Below the pieces are notes generated by a model. The model was given only the letters and a program-made list of their open reading frames with translations, ran no database searches and was not told where the DNA came from. The translations under genes were made by a program, and so were the position numbers. Positions 38,508-51,947 of a stretch of 64,000 bases of DNA are shown piece by piece. The stretch is from Alphaproteobacteria bacterium (GTDB lineage Bacteria; Pseudomonadota; Alphaproteobacteria; CBDDJK01): positions 1,911,238-1,975,237 of the forward strand of contig OZ245892.1 of NCBI GenBank assembly GCA_965229605.1. The letters are read 5' to 3'. How positions within the stretch are numbered: position 1 is the first letter of the stretch; each line of letters opens with the position of its first letter.

Positions 38508-39497
38508 ATGATGAGCGCAACAAAATCTGTCGACGCCAGTTCTTCTTCCCAAACTCAAGAAGCAGGAAAAAACCTTGGTGATCCGATGACAGAAGCAGCA
38601 AATCCGCCTTCTGTATCCAGGCCAGGGGGCTCGCCGCCGCGACCCTCCACCATTAAGCTGACGTTCTCACGGCTTTTGCTGCTGCGCGAAAGCTGGCCCG
38701 GAATGATCGGCGCAGGCTTGGTCGGGATGTTCGTCCTTTTAGCCGTTTTTGCGCCGCTTGTTGCGCCTTATGCCCCGAATGAATCAATGTTGCCTTTTGC
38801 CTATCCCGGCACTGAAGCGCCGGATGGGGGGACCCTCTGGCTTGGCACCGATCATACCGGACGCGACATTCTCTCCCGCATTATCTGGGGCGGACAACGC
38901 GTTCTCTTCTATGCAACCGCCGCAACATTCTGCGCCTATGTGGTTGGTATTTTTATGGGACTGGCAGCCGGATATTTCCGGGGCTGGATCGATGAAGTCC
39001 TGTCTTTTGTTGCCAACGTCATTTTATCCTTCCCGATCATGGTTCTCTATGTCCTGATTATCGCCAAACTCGGGGCTTCCGGGGCCAATATCATCTTTGC
39101 CGTTGTCTTTGCCTCCTCGCCCGGCATCATGCGTATTGTGCGCGGGCTGACCATGGATATTGCAACACGCGACTATATTGCAGCCTCGCAGACACGCGGC
39201 GAAGGACCATGGTATATCATGCTGGTTGAAATTCTCCCCAATGCCAAAGGCCCGCTGATTGTCGATTTCTGCTTGCGTATGGGCTATACGACCATCACCA
39301 TCGGGGCCTTGGGCTTTTTGGGCCTTGGCTTGCCGCCACCTGACCCGGACTGGGGCGGCATGATTGCCGAAACACGGGCTTTCGTCACGGGTGGCTTCCC
39401 GCATATGTCGCTTATGCCTGCAATGGCGGTGTCGCTGCTGGTTCTGGGATTCAATCTGCTTGCCGATGGTATTCGTGAAGTCTCCCTGAAAGATTAA
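38508..39497 (+). CDS. Peptide/nickel-type ABC transporter permease (DppC/OppC/YejE-like)
   Basis: 329 aa with a hydrophilic N-terminal extension and then the permease core. The start may be a downstream ATG. Confidence 0.7.
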   Translation: MMSATKSVDASSSSQTQEAGKNLGDPMTEAANPPSVSRPGGSPPRPSTIKLTFSRLLLLRESWPGMIGAGLVGMFVLLAVFAPLVAPYAPNESMLPFAYPGTEAPDGGTLWLGTDHTGRDILSRIIWGGQRVLFYATAATFCAYVVGIFMGLAAGYFRGWIDEVLSFVANVILSFPIMVLYVLIIAKLGASGANIIFAVVFASSPGIMRIVRGLTMDIATRDYIAASQTRGEGPWYIMLVEILPNAKGPLIVDFCLRMGYTTITIGALGFLGLGLPPPDPDWGGMIAETRAFVTGGFPHMSLMPAMAVSLLVLGFNLLADGIREVSLKD

Positions 39498-39530
39498 AAA
39501 CGAAAGATTAGAAACGAAGGATGTAACATC

Positions 39531-41624
39531 ATGGCATCTTCTGCAAAAGAAGCCCCGCTGCTGGAATGTAATGGATTATGTATTTCCTATTTCACCCGGG
39601 CGGGCGAAATACCGGCGGTCAAGGACTTTAACCTGACCCTCTATCCCGGCGAAGCGGTTGGGATCGTTGGCGAATCTGGCTGCGGAAAGTCAACTGTCGC
39701 CATGGCGATCATGCAGTATATGGGCAAAAACGGTGGAGTCACCGGCGGCGAAATTCGCTTCAAAGGCCGGGATATGACGGAAATGACCGAAGGCGAATTG
39801 CGCCATCTGCGCGGCTCCGACATTGCCATGATTTATCAAGAACCGATGTCAGCCCTTAACCCGTCCATGCCGATTGGACGGCAGCTGGCTGAAGTACTGA
39901 TCACCCATGAAAATCTGCAAGAAGAAGAAGCCCTTGAACGGGCCAAAAATATGCTGGCCAAGGTCAAACTTCCCGACCCGGCCCGGGTGCTAACCGCCTA
40001 TCCGCATGAAATATCTGGTGGTCAGCAACAACGGGTTGTGATTGCCATGGCCCTTTTGTCTAATCCTTCGCTGCTTTTGCTGGATGAACCCACCACCGCC
40101 CTTGATGTCACGGTGGAGGCTGGCATTGTCAAACTGATTAAAGAAATCAGTGCTGAAAGCGGGGCCTCGATGATCTATATTTCCCATAATATGGGGCTGA
40201 TCAAGGAAACCTGTGACCGGATTTGTGTTATGTATTCCGGGGTTGCCGTGGAAATGGGAAGCGTGGCCGAAGTCTTTGATGATATGAAACATCCCTATAC
40301 GCGCGGATTGTTTGGCTCGATCCCGCTGCCGACCGCCGATAAATATTCCGCCCCGCTGAAACCTATTCGCGGGCAACTGCCCTTGCCGCACCAACGGCCG
40401 CCGGGATGCTATTTTGGCCCACGCTGCGACTTTTTCATCGAAGGCCAATGCGACAATCCGGATAAAGTCTATTGGGAAGTCTGCGACGATGATTCCGGTC
40501 ATGCCGTTCGCTGTGCGCGTTGGCAAAACATCGACTGGGGAGAGCTGGACCAGACCTATGAAACCCGCGAAGAGATCGAAGTCGGCGAACCGGTTCTGGC
40601 CATTGAGGACATGCAGAAATATTATGAAGTCCGCGATAATACATTGGCCGCCATGCTCAGCGGGGAAACGTCTAAATTCGTAAAGGCCAACCAGCAGATC
40701 AATTTGGAAGCAAGGCGCAGCGAAACCGTTGCCATCGTCGGGGAATCCGGCTGCGGCAAATCAACACTGGCCAAAGTCCTGATGGGGCTGGAAACAGCCA
40801 CGGGCGGGAGCATTTCTTTCCTTGATAAAGATATCGGGCAGATCAAGGTTACCGACCGCACCAAGGATGAAATCGGGGCCTTGCAGATGGTCTTTCAAAA
40901 CCCGAACGAGACCTTGAATCCCAGCCACTCTGTTGGCAGCCAGATTGCCCGCGTGGTGCGAAAATTCGGCACTGCCCAATCCGAAACCGAGGTTCAGGAC
41001 CGGGTTGATGAACTGCTTGATCTGGTCAAATTGCCGCGCATTTTCAAATACCGCAAACCGCGCCAGCTTTCCGGTGGGCAAAAGCAGCGCATCGGCATTG
41101 CCCGCGCCTTTGCCGGCACGCCAAAAGTGGTGATTGCCGATGAACCGGTCTCGGCCCTTGATGTGTCGGTGCAAGCGGCGGTTACCGGGCTCTTGATGGA
41201 TATCCAGCGGCAATATGAAACAACCCTGCTGTTTATCAGTCATGATTTGTCGGTTGTCCGCTATCTGGCTGACCGGGTTGTCGTTATGTATCTGGGGCAT
41301 ATTGTTGAACAAGGCACAGTTGATCAGGTCTTCGCCCCGCCCTATCATCCGTATACCGAAGCCCTTTTGTCAGCCGTGCCGATTGCCGACACCAGTATCG
41401 AAAAGCGCGAAATTGTGCTTGAAGGGAATTTGCCCTCTGTTATTGACCCGCCAAAAGGCTGCCCGTTCTCAACCCGCTGCCCGCGCAAAATTGACGGGCT
41501 GTGCGATGATACTCCGGCGCCGGTTCAAAAGGCAGATGATCAGCATGACATCGCCTGTCATATTCCGATGGAAGAATTAAAGAAAGTCGAGCCCGTTATT
41601 GTCCAGGCAAAATCCGCCGCGTAA
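39531..41624 (+). CDS. ABC transporter ATP-binding protein with two fused ATPase cassettes (DppD+DppF / YejF-like)
   Basis: Two Walker A motifs (GESGCGKST twice), two LSGGQ signatures and oligopeptide-type C-terminal extensions. 697 aa. Confidence 0.8.
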   Translation: MASSAKEAPLLECNGLCISYFTRAGEIPAVKDFNLTLYPGEAVGIVGESGCGKSTVAMAIMQYMGKNGGVTGGEIRFKGRDMTEMTEGELRHLRGSDIAMIYQEPMSALNPSMPIGRQLAEVLITHENLQEEEALERAKNMLAKVKLPDPARVLTAYPHEISGGQQQRVVIAMALLSNPSLLLLDEPTTALDVTVEAGIVKLIKEISAESGASMIYISHNMGLIKETCDRICVMYSGVAVEMGSVAEVFDDMKHPYTRGLFGSIPLPTADKYSAPLKPIRGQLPLPHQRPPGCYFGPRCDFFIEGQCDNPDKVYWEVCDDDSGHAVRCARWQNIDWGELDQTYETREEIEVGEPVLAIEDMQKYYEVRDNTLAAMLSGETSKFVKANQQINLEARRSETVAIVGESGCGKSTLAKVLMGLETATGGSISFLDKDIGQIKVTDRTKDEIGALQMVFQNPNETLNPSHSVGSQIARVVRKFGTAQSETEVQDRVDELLDLVKLPRIFKYRKPRQLSGGQKQRIGIARAFAGTPKVVIADEPVSALDVSVQAAVTGLLMDIQRQYETTLLFISHDLSVVRYLADRVVVMYLGHIVEQGTVDQVFAPPYHPYTEALLSAVPIADTSIEKREIVLEGNLPSVIDPPKGCPFSTRCPRKIDGLCDDTPAPVQKADDQHDIACHIPMEELKKVEPVIVQAKSAA

Positions 41625-41660
41625 CTAATCTGCCCGTAACGCGGGCCATCGCGTAAGTGG

Positions 41661-41966
41661 TTAAAGAAATTTATCTGACATTGCCAGAAAGGCAACGGCC
41701 ACCGCAATCATGCCGCCGATGCGTATTGTTATACGCAACTCCGTCCCCGCTATTTCCTCACTTAAATCACGCCTAAGTAGTTCAATATCACGCTTGAGCA
41801 ATCTAGTATCATGCTTGGTGGCAAGTTCATCCGTTACCGCTTGAACAAAAACTTCGGCCTGTTCAGCCGTAAAGCCGCCAACTTTAAGCCTGCGTGTAAA
41901 TTTCAGAGTATCAAAAGCAATAGCATTCATGATTAATAATTGTAAACTCTTGCCCGTATAAATCAA
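41661..41966 (-). CDS. DUF1640-family small coiled-coil membrane protein
   Basis: 101 aa with AFDTLKFTRRLKVGGFTAEQAEVFVQAV..., a coiled coil and a C-terminal TM segment. Pattern of DUF1640 proteins. Confidence 0.5.
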   Translation of the reverse strand: MIYTGKSLQLLIMNAIAFDTLKFTRRLKVGGFTAEQAEVFVQAVTDELATKHDTRLLKRDIELLRRDLSEEIAGTELRITIRIGGMIAVAVAFLAMSDKFL

Positions 41967-41976
41967 GGTAAATTGG

Positions 41977-43248
41977 TCAAAGCCGGTCTAGGAGCCGGTA
42001 ATAGAGCATGGCCATGGATAAAAGGGCATGGCGGAAGCGGCCACCGGGAAAGACGGGATGTTTAAAGCGGGCCATCAGGTCCAGTCGCGTAGCCTGCCCG
42101 GAGACCGCTTCAGCAAGAATGCGCCCGGCAACCTGAGTTGCGGCGACTCCGTGCCCGCAAAATCCCTGCGCAAAATAACATTTTGTGCCCAATCGGCCAA
42201 AATGCGGCATCCGGTCAACCGTGATCCCGATTGACCCGCCCCAGGCATAGTCCGGTTTGATATCCTTTAATTGAGGGAAAACCCGGACCATCCGTTTGTG
42301 AACAAACTGACCAAGATCGCGGGGCTCAATCCCCGAATAGGTGGCACGTCCGCCAAAAACCAGGCGATTATCGTCATCAATCCGGTAATAATCCAGCACC
42401 CAGTCAGTCCCGGCGACCGTGTCCCGATTGGGAATCAGGTCAGCCACTTGTTCATCGCTTAAAGGCGGCGTAGCCAGAATATAGCTGGAGACCGGGGCCA
42501 AACGGCGAAAAAGCCGTGGTTCTACCCTTCCAAGATAGGCATTGCCACAAAGCACCAGAAAATCGGCTTCAATCTGGCCTTTTTCGGTGACAAGAGCTGG
42601 TTTGTTTTGGTCAGCTTTTATCTGGATCACCGGAGACTGTTCATAAATCCGCACCCCGTCAGCCAGTGCTGCGCGCGCCAACCCGCGACAGAATTTTAAG
42701 GGATGAAGCTGCCCCGCGTCCCCTTCCCATAATCCACCAAAATAGATCGGACTCTTGAGATGGCTGGCAAGTTCTGCCTGGTCATACAGACGGTGGTTGC
42801 TATAGCCATAACGCTGCCAGTCGTCTTGTGCGTGTTTGAGTTCTTCAAAATGGCGGGGCCGATTGGCCGCACTGATATAGCCCCAGCGCAAGCCACAGTC
42901 TATATCATAGGACTGAACACGGGTCTTGACCATGTCAACGGCTTCGCGGGCAAAGTCCCAGCATAGTTTGGCATCCTCGGCCCCGATACGCTTTTCCATT
43001 TTGGCAATATCATTGCTCCAGCCAGAGCAGACATGGCCGCCATTGCGCCCGGAGGCCCCATAGCCGACATCTTCGGCCTCAATGATTGCCACATCAAAGC
43101 CGCGTGCGCGCAGTTCCAATGCGCAGGAAAGGCCGGTATATCCCGCGCCCAGAACGGCAACATCGGCTTTTTGCGTGCCTTCCAGCATGGGTTGCGAAGC
43201 CAGAGGCGGGGCGGAGGCCCGGTAGTAGTTTTGATAGGATGGAGGCAT
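41977..43248 (-). CDS. FAD-dependent oxidoreductase (DadA/PuuB-like amine oxidoreductase)
   Basis: Dinucleotide-binding VAVLGAGYTGLSCALEL...GASGRNGG. The start may be an internal ATG (MLEGTQ...). Confidence 0.7.
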   Translation of the reverse strand: MPPSYQNYYRASAPPLASQPMLEGTQKADVAVLGAGYTGLSCALELRARGFDVAIIEAEDVGYGASGRNGGHVCSGWSNDIAKMEKRIGAEDAKLCWDFAREAVDMVKTRVQSYDIDCGLRWGYISAANRPRHFEELKHAQDDWQRYGYSNHRLYDQAELASHLKSPIYFGGLWEGDAGQLHPLKFCRGLARAALADGVRIYEQSPVIQIKADQNKPALVTEKGQIEADFLVLCGNAYLGRVEPRLFRRLAPVSSYILATPPLSDEQVADLIPNRDTVAGTDWVLDYYRIDDDNRLVFGGRATYSGIEPRDLGQFVHKRMVRVFPQLKDIKPDYAWGGSIGITVDRMPHFGRLGTKCYFAQGFCGHGVAATQVAGRILAEAVSGQATRLDLMARFKHPVFPGGRFRHALLSMAMLYYRLLDRL

Positions 43249-43251
43249 GAT

Positions 43252-44265
43252 TTATCCTTTTGCAGAGCCCGAAACGGCTGGATGTGCGCGCATATAATCA
43301 GCCAGCAGACTGTCGGTTTCAACCTCGGTATAACGCTGAGTGGTTGTCAGGGACTGATGGCCCAATAATTCTTGTATTGTGCGCAAGTCGCCGCCACCGG
43401 CCAGCAAATGGGTGGCAAAACTATGGCGCAGGGCGTGCGGGCTGGCCGTTTCGGGCAAATTCAGCTGACGGCGCAGGTCCTGAACCCGGCGGCGCACCAG
43501 ACGATCATTCAGCCGCCCCCCGCGCAATCCCAGAAAAAGCGGGCTGGCACGTTCGGTGCTTTTCAAAATAGAATGCGGGCAAAGCGATAAATAGTCCTGC
43601 ACGGCCTGTTCAATAATAGGCAAAACTGGCAGTAAACGCGCTTTGCCGCCTTTTCCCATCACCCGCAGGGAATTGCCGGGGGTGGGCCAATCAGAACGGT
43701 TGAGCGAAATCGCTTCGGATACCCGCAAGCCGCAGCCATAGAGAACCAGCAAAATCGCGATATCGCGTGCGATGATCCAGGGGGCAGTGTCGCTATCGCT
43801 TTTAACGGCTTCTGTAAGACTGCGGGCATCTGTTTCGCTGAGTGGGCGCGGGGCCGGTCGCGGGGCTTTCGGGGTTGCAATCAGCCCGATAGAGCGGTTG
43901 TCGCCCAGGCCCTTACGAGCCATATAGCGAAAAAACCCGCGAATAGCCGCCAGCTTGCGGCCCAGACTGGCTGCGCCCAACCCATCACGGCGTTGGGCGG
44001 CCATAAAGGCGCGAAAGCCGGTGATCGGGAAAGCCGTCAGCCCGGACAGGCTTGGCACTTCTCCTTGATATTCATTGAAAAAAAGCAGGAAGTCACGAAT
44101 TTCCCGGCGATAGGCGGTCAGCGTATGCACACTATAGCGTCGTTCACTGGAAAGCCAGCGATCATAAGAGAGATAAGTCTGGCGCACATCCTTATCACCT
44201 GGAAAGCCGGGAGGCAGAAGAGTTTCCTCATCTGCTTGCGGATCAAGATCAGAGGCGTTTGTCAT
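43252..44265 (-). CDS. Tyrosine recombinase XerC/XerD
   Basis: C-terminal HALRHSFATHLL...LLGHQSLTTTQRYTEV with catalytic R-H-R-Y. Located next to ligA. Confidence 0.75.
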   Translation of the reverse strand: MTNASDLDPQADEETLLPPGFPGDKDVRQTYLSYDRWLSSERRYSVHTLTAYRREIRDFLLFFNEYQGEVPSLSGLTAFPITGFRAFMAAQRRDGLGAASLGRKLAAIRGFFRYMARKGLGDNRSIGLIATPKAPRPAPRPLSETDARSLTEAVKSDSDTAPWIIARDIAILLVLYGCGLRVSEAISLNRSDWPTPGNSLRVMGKGGKARLLPVLPIIEQAVQDYLSLCPHSILKSTERASPLFLGLRGGRLNDRLVRRRVQDLRRQLNLPETASPHALRHSFATHLLAGGGDLRTIQELLGHQSLTTTQRYTEVETDSLLADYMRAHPAVSGSAKG

Positions 44266-47045
<2,780 letters not shown>

Positions 47046-47062
<17 letters not shown>

Positions 47063-48065
47063 CTCCCAGCCCATAAGATTCCAATGTTGCACCAAAATGA
47101 TCGGGCGGAGGCGTGCTAATCCATTGACCCGCCCCGGCAATTCCATCTGGAATATAAAGCGCACGCGCATATAAATGAAGCCCTGATTCGCTCATCATTG
47201 CGCTTTCAGGGTTACCATAGCGGCTATCGCCGACAATCGGGGTGCCAATCGCCTGTAGATGTGCACGAATCTGGTGGGTGCGTCCGGTATGCGGGCGCAG
47301 TTCCACCAAAGCCAGTGATGTCCCGACCTGATCCAACACCCGGTAATCGGTACGGGCTGGCGGGCCAGAGTCGGTTGGATACATATCCGGCCCGCCCGTA
47401 TCTTTAGCACGGGCGTTTTTCTTCAAGGCCAGCCGGATGGTCCCTTCCAGCGGATTTGGCACCCCTTCCGTCACCGCCCAATAGATTTTGACCATGCGGC
47501 GTTGGGAAAAAGCGGCAGTTAGCCGGGTTGCGGCTTGACGGGTGCGGGCCAGCAGCAGCACACCGCCGGTGGCGAGATCGAGCCGATGCACCAAACGCAA
47601 AGTATCGTCGGACGGACGGTCCGAAGATTCTTCGTTAATCATCGCTGTTAAAGCCGGAAGCGCAGAGGTCAGGGGCAGTTTTTGCCCGCTTCCGCCCTGA
47701 ACGGCGAGGCCAGGCGGTTTATCAAGGGCGACAAGATCCTCATTCACCAGCAAGATACGGTTTTTGAGTTGCTGCACCAGCGGATGGGATAGCGAAAGTT
47801 GTTTTTGAACACGGGCTTCTGATGAAGATTTAGGGGAATTGGCAAAAGGCGGCAGGCGGATTGTCTGGCCCTCTTCAAGGCGAGTAGCGGCTTTGGTGCG
47901 CCGACCATCCACCCGTACTTCACCCTGGCGGATAGCCTTATGCAGGCGGGTACGCGGGACATCCGGGCATTTTGCCCCGATAAAACGATCAAGGCGCATC
48001 CCGGCTTCTTGTGATTGAACAGGAATCTGCTGCACTTTATTTTGTGCCGGGGATTGGTTATCCAT
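47046..48065 (-). CDS. RluA-family 23S rRNA pseudouridine synthase (RluC/RluD-like)
   Basis: S4 domain followed by the catalytic LVHRLDLATGG. Confidence 0.75.
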
Positions 48066-48076
48066 CAGGCCACCAG

Positions 48077-48460
48077 TTACCTGGCCAGAAAAAAGCCTGC
48101 GATCAGGGCGACGAGTCCCAGAACGACTGATGAAAGCAGATAGCCTACTGCCAGCCCGCTCTGCCCGCGTTCATAGAGATTATAGGCATCCAGCGCAAAG
48201 GTCGAAAAGGTTGTGAATCCACCAAGCAGCCCGCTCATTAAAAAGGGCTGCCAGGAGGATAAAGCAGGGTGACGAGCCAGCAACCCGGCGACCAGACCGA
48301 TTAGCAGACAGCCCGCTATATTGATCAGCAGAATCATCATCGGTGCGCCGCCGCCCAAAAAGCGGGTCCAGAAAAGCACCAGCCCGTAGCGAGCGGCGGC
48401 CCCGATGGCCCCGCCAAGGGCTACCGAAAAGACAGGGAGAATCCATCCAGTTGCGGTCAT
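48077..48460 (-). CDS. crcB: Fluoride ion channel CrcB/FluC
   Basis: 127 aa, four TM segments, GGFTTFSTF motif. Confidence 0.8.
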   Translation of the reverse strand: MTATGWILPVFSVALGGAIGAAARYGLVLFWTRFLGGGAPMMILLINIAGCLLIGLVAGLLARHPALSSWQPFLMSGLLGGFTTFSTFALDAYNLYERGQSGLAVGYLLSSVVLGLVALIAGFFLAR

Positions 48461-48623
48461 TTTATTGCTCGTGTTATGCTCTGGTGACGAAAAATGATCA
48501 GGTGGTCCTGACCCTCGTATATTTTGCTTCCCTCTTATCCATAGAATCGCTAGACAGGAAAAGCCAGATAATTAGAGACAAACAAATCTGTCTCGAAAGC
48601 AAGATGCAGAAAAGAGATAAAAT

Positions 48624-50018
48624 ATGGACATGACATCCTCTCACACGCTGCGTAATCATGATGCCGATTTACTGCTTGAGCAGGATCAGGCGCATCACTT
48701 CCATCCCTTTACCGATCATAAAGACCTGCATGACAGCGGCAAGACCCGGCTGATCACCAATGCCAAAGGAACCTGGCTGACCGACAGTAAAGGCAACCAT
48801 ATCCTTGATGGCATGGCCGGACTCTGGTGCGTCAATGTTGGCTATGGGCGGACCGAACTGGCGAAAGCGGCCTATGATCAAATGTGCGCCCTGCCCTATT
48901 ATAATACTTTTTTCAAAACCACGACCCCGCCCGCAGCAGCTTTGGCCGCACGGGTTTCTGACCTTCTGCCAGAGGATATGAATCATGTGTTCTTTGGCCT
49001 TGGCGGGTCCGATGCAGTGGACAGTGCCTTGCGCATGGTTCGCCATTTCTGGGGGCTGGAAGGCAAGCCCTATAAGCGCCATATTATTTCACGGCTGAAC
49101 GGCTATCACGGGTCGTCGCTGGCCGGGGCGGCAACCAGCGGAATGCGCACCATGCACCGCCAAGCCGGACAAGAGATCAAGGACATTCACCATATCTGCC
49201 AGCCCTATTGGTATCGCGAAGGCGGCAAGCATAGTCCGAAAGCCTTTGGCAAGCTGGCGGCCCGTGCGCTTGAAGACAAAATTCTGGAGCTTGGGCCGCA
49301 GAATGTTGCCGCCTTTATTGCTGAACCGATTCAAGGGGCAGGCGGGGTGATTATTCCGCCGGAAACCTATTGGCCCGCCGTGCAGCGTATTTGTCGCAAA
49401 TATGATGTGCTGCTGATTTGTGACGAGGTCATCTGCGGTTTTGGTCGTACCGGTCACTGGTTTGGTCATAATGCTTTTTCAATCAAGCCTGATCTGGTGA
49501 CCATGGCGAAAGGATTGTCGTCGGGCTATATCCCGATTTCTGCGGTCGGGGTTAATGAACGGATGCACCGGACTTTTTATGACAAGGGCGGGGAGTTTTA
49601 TCACGGTTTTACCTATTCCGGGCACCCGGCGGCGGCGGCGGTGGCTTTGGCCAATATTGATATCATCGAAGAAGAAGACCTGGTCACCCGCACTCATGAT
49701 GTGACCGGACCGCATCTTGCGCTTGCGCTGGCCCGGCTTTCTGATCATCCGTTGGTCGGGGAAGTCCGCTCAAGGGGATTGATTGGGGCGATTGAACTGG
49801 TGGCCGACAAGAAAAAACGCCACGGCTTTGATCCTGAAAAGCACATCGGCAGCCGGTGTCGCGATCATATCTTTGCGCGAAATGCCGTGATCCGGGCCTG
49901 CGGAGATACTCTGGTGGTCTCTCCCCCTCTGATTATCACGCCCGATGAAATTGACCAACTGGTTGATATCGCCCGTGAAGGACTTGACGCACTCTTTCAG
50001 GAAATCGCAAAAAGTTAA
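48624..50018 (+). CDS. Class III (omega) aminotransferase, aspartate aminotransferase superfamily
   Basis: 464 aa. The N-terminus HPFTDHKDL...GMAGLWCVNVGYGR is typical of omega-amino acid / putrescine-pyruvate transaminases. Confidence 0.75.
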   Translation: MDMTSSHTLRNHDADLLLEQDQAHHFHPFTDHKDLHDSGKTRLITNAKGTWLTDSKGNHILDGMAGLWCVNVGYGRTELAKAAYDQMCALPYYNTFFKTTTPPAAALAARVSDLLPEDMNHVFFGLGGSDAVDSALRMVRHFWGLEGKPYKRHIISRLNGYHGSSLAGAATSGMRTMHRQAGQEIKDIHHICQPYWYREGGKHSPKAFGKLAARALEDKILELGPQNVAAFIAEPIQGAGGVIIPPETYWPAVQRICRKYDVLLICDEVICGFGRTGHWFGHNAFSIKPDLVTMAKGLSSGYIPISAVGVNERMHRTFYDKGGEFYHGFTYSGHPAAAAVALANIDIIEEEDLVTRTHDVTGPHLALALARLSDHPLVGEVRSRGLIGAIELVADKKKRHGFDPEKHIGSRCRDHIFARNAVIRACGDTLVVSPPLIITPDEIDQLVDIAREGLDALFQEIAKS

Positions 50019-51274
50019 GCTATTTGGCGTTTGTCATCAATCACCTTGGCCTCTGAAGACAGGTCAGGGGCGGGCAGCGGTGTGATGGAAACCCGGCAGA
50101 AATCGCGTAATTTCTGGGCAAGATGCGTGGATAGTGAATCATCAAAAGCCGCTCCATCGCGCATTTTTATGTGCAAAACCGCGTGATCATGCCCGTCCTT
50201 TTCAGTAACAACCAGCGAATATTGCTGAATATCCGCGCTGTCGGCAAGGGCGCGCTGCACCTGGCTTGGATGAACAAACATGCCCCGGATTTTGGTAATC
50301 ATATCCACCCGGCCCAGCCAGCCTTTCAGCATCCGGTTGGTCCGCCCGCAGGCCGATGACCCCGGAAGATAAGCCGATAAATCGCCGGTGGCATAACGAA
50401 TAAGCGGAAAATCCTGATGAAAAACTGTGATCGTGACTTCGCCAACCGCGCTTTCTCTGGTTGAATCCGGGGCAATCACGCTGCCATCATTCGGGTCAAG
50501 CAGTTCGACAATACAATCTTCAGCAATAATCAGGCCCGGAGACGGGGTGTTATCCGGCAAAAGGCTTTCAAAAGCAATCAGCCCGCAATCGGCGGCGGCA
50601 TAGGCTTGCAGGGTGATGATTCCGCGTTCGTGATACCAGTTGCGCAAGGCCGGGAACAGCGGCCCGCCCGAGACCACTGCGCGTTTGAGCGAAGGCACAG
50701 CAAGCCCGGTTTCATCGGCCTTCTCAAGGATAAGCTTCAAAAAATCGGGTGTGCCGGTATAGGCTGTGGCCTGATAATGGGCGGCGACTTCAGCTTGAAG
50801 CGCACTATTGCCGACCCCGCCAGGAATAACGGCGGCACCAAGCGCAAAGGCCCCGCCTTCAGCCATAAAGCCTGCCGGGGTCAGATGATAGGAAAAACAG
50901 TTAAGCAGAATATCCGCTGCACCAATCCCGGCGGCAGAAAGGGCCTGGGCCATCCGCCACCAGTCGCCGGGGCCTCCGGGTTCATAGATGGGACCCGGTG
51001 AAGCAAAAAGACGCTGAAACTGTGCGGGTTTCTGTCCATTCAGCCCGCCAAATGGCGCAGCTGCAGCCTGTATAGAAGTCAGATCGGCTTTACGGGTAAC
51101 CGGCAGGGAAAGCAAAAGATCTTCGCCCGCAAGATCAGCTGCAACATCTGCAAAATGCGCCCGGTAATAGGATGAAGACTGCCGCGCAGCCGCAACAGTT
51201 TCAACCAGTCGTGCATAATTTTTCGCCGCGCGCTGGTCGGGGCTCTGTCCTTCACTACTTTGGGAAAAAGCCAT
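50015..51274 (-). CDS. Phenylacetate-CoA ligase (PaaK)-like adenylate-forming enzyme family protein
   Basis: 419 aa with a PaaK/F390-synthetase-like N-terminus and an AMP-binding core. Its stop overlaps the aminotransferase stop in convergent orientation. Confidence 0.5.
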   Translation of the reverse strand: MAFSQSSEGQSPDQRAAKNYARLVETVAAARQSSSYYRAHFADVAADLAGEDLLLSLPVTRKADLTSIQAAAAPFGGLNGQKPAQFQRLFASPGPIYEPGGPGDWWRMAQALSAAGIGAADILLNCFSYHLTPAGFMAEGGAFALGAAVIPGGVGNSALQAEVAAHYQATAYTGTPDFLKLILEKADETGLAVPSLKRAVVSGGPLFPALRNWYHERGIITLQAYAAADCGLIAFESLLPDNTPSPGLIIAEDCIVELLDPNDGSVIAPDSTRESAVGEVTITVFHQDFPLIRYATGDLSAYLPGSSACGRTNRMLKGWLGRVDMITKIRGMFVHPSQVQRALADSADIQQYSLVVTEKDGHDHAVLHIKMRDGAAFDDSLSTHLAQKLRDFCRVSITPLPAPDLSSEAKVIDDKRQIA

Positions 51275-51292
51275 ATCTTTTGTCCCGAAAGA

Positions 51293-51769
51293 TCAGGCCG
51301 CGTGGATATGGACCTGCGGGGCGGCGTTGGTAATCAGGCCGCAGACCTGCGGCGCGGTCAGGCCTTCAGCCCGCAACTGACCGTTCAGCTCCTTATTGCG
51401 GAACAGCCGGGAAACCGCCGCCAGAGCCTGCAAATGGTCCGATCCCGATGACTCCGGAGTCAAAATAAGAAAAATCAGATCAACCGGACAATCATCCAGC
51501 GCATCAAAATCAATCGGCTTGTCCAGCTTGGCAAATATGCCAATCAACTGATCCAGCTCGGCAAAACGACCATGCGGAATGGCAATGCCGCCGCCTATGC
51601 CCGTGCTGCCCAACCGCTCGCGCTCCAGAAGCCGGTCAAAAACAGTGCGCTGATCAATCTTCGTCAAAGATTGAACATGACCAGACAATTCCTGAAGAAG
51701 GGCCTTCTTTGATCGTACCTTTATATCAACCAATATGCCCGATTCATCAAGAAACTCGGATATCTGCAT
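51293..51769 (-). CDS. ptsN: PTS IIA-like nitrogen regulatory protein EIIA-Ntr
   Basis: GGGIAIPHGR active-site histidine region. Positioned downstream of hpf. Confidence 0.8.
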   Translation of the reverse strand: MQISEFLDESGILVDIKVRSKKALLQELSGHVQSLTKIDQRTVFDRLLERERLGSTGIGGGIAIPHGRFAELDQLIGIFAKLDKPIDFDALDDCPVDLIFLILTPESSGSDHLQALAAVSRLFRNKELNGQLRAEGLTAPQVCGLITNAAPQVHIHAA

Positions 51770-51947
51770 AGTTTGTCTCCTAAAACCGTTATACGCTGTA
51801 TCACTCTGGACGGGTGGCTCAGCACACCTGCCCTGATTTTTCTGTTAAGAAAATCGTGATGTGTCTGCCCCACATCGCTTTGCGTTTTTCAAGCGCTCAA
51901 TCCGTCATCGCCCTTTATTACGATGTTAATCTGGTAAGCTCCCAGAA

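Noticed and set aside
48461-48623. Fluoride (crcB-motif) riboswitch expected upstream of crcB on the minus strand
   Set aside because: The reverse complement of the 160 nt upstream of the crcB ATG lacks the conserved GGnGAUGG...AACCGCC cores. Only a short hairpin (TCAGGTGGTCCTGA) is present.
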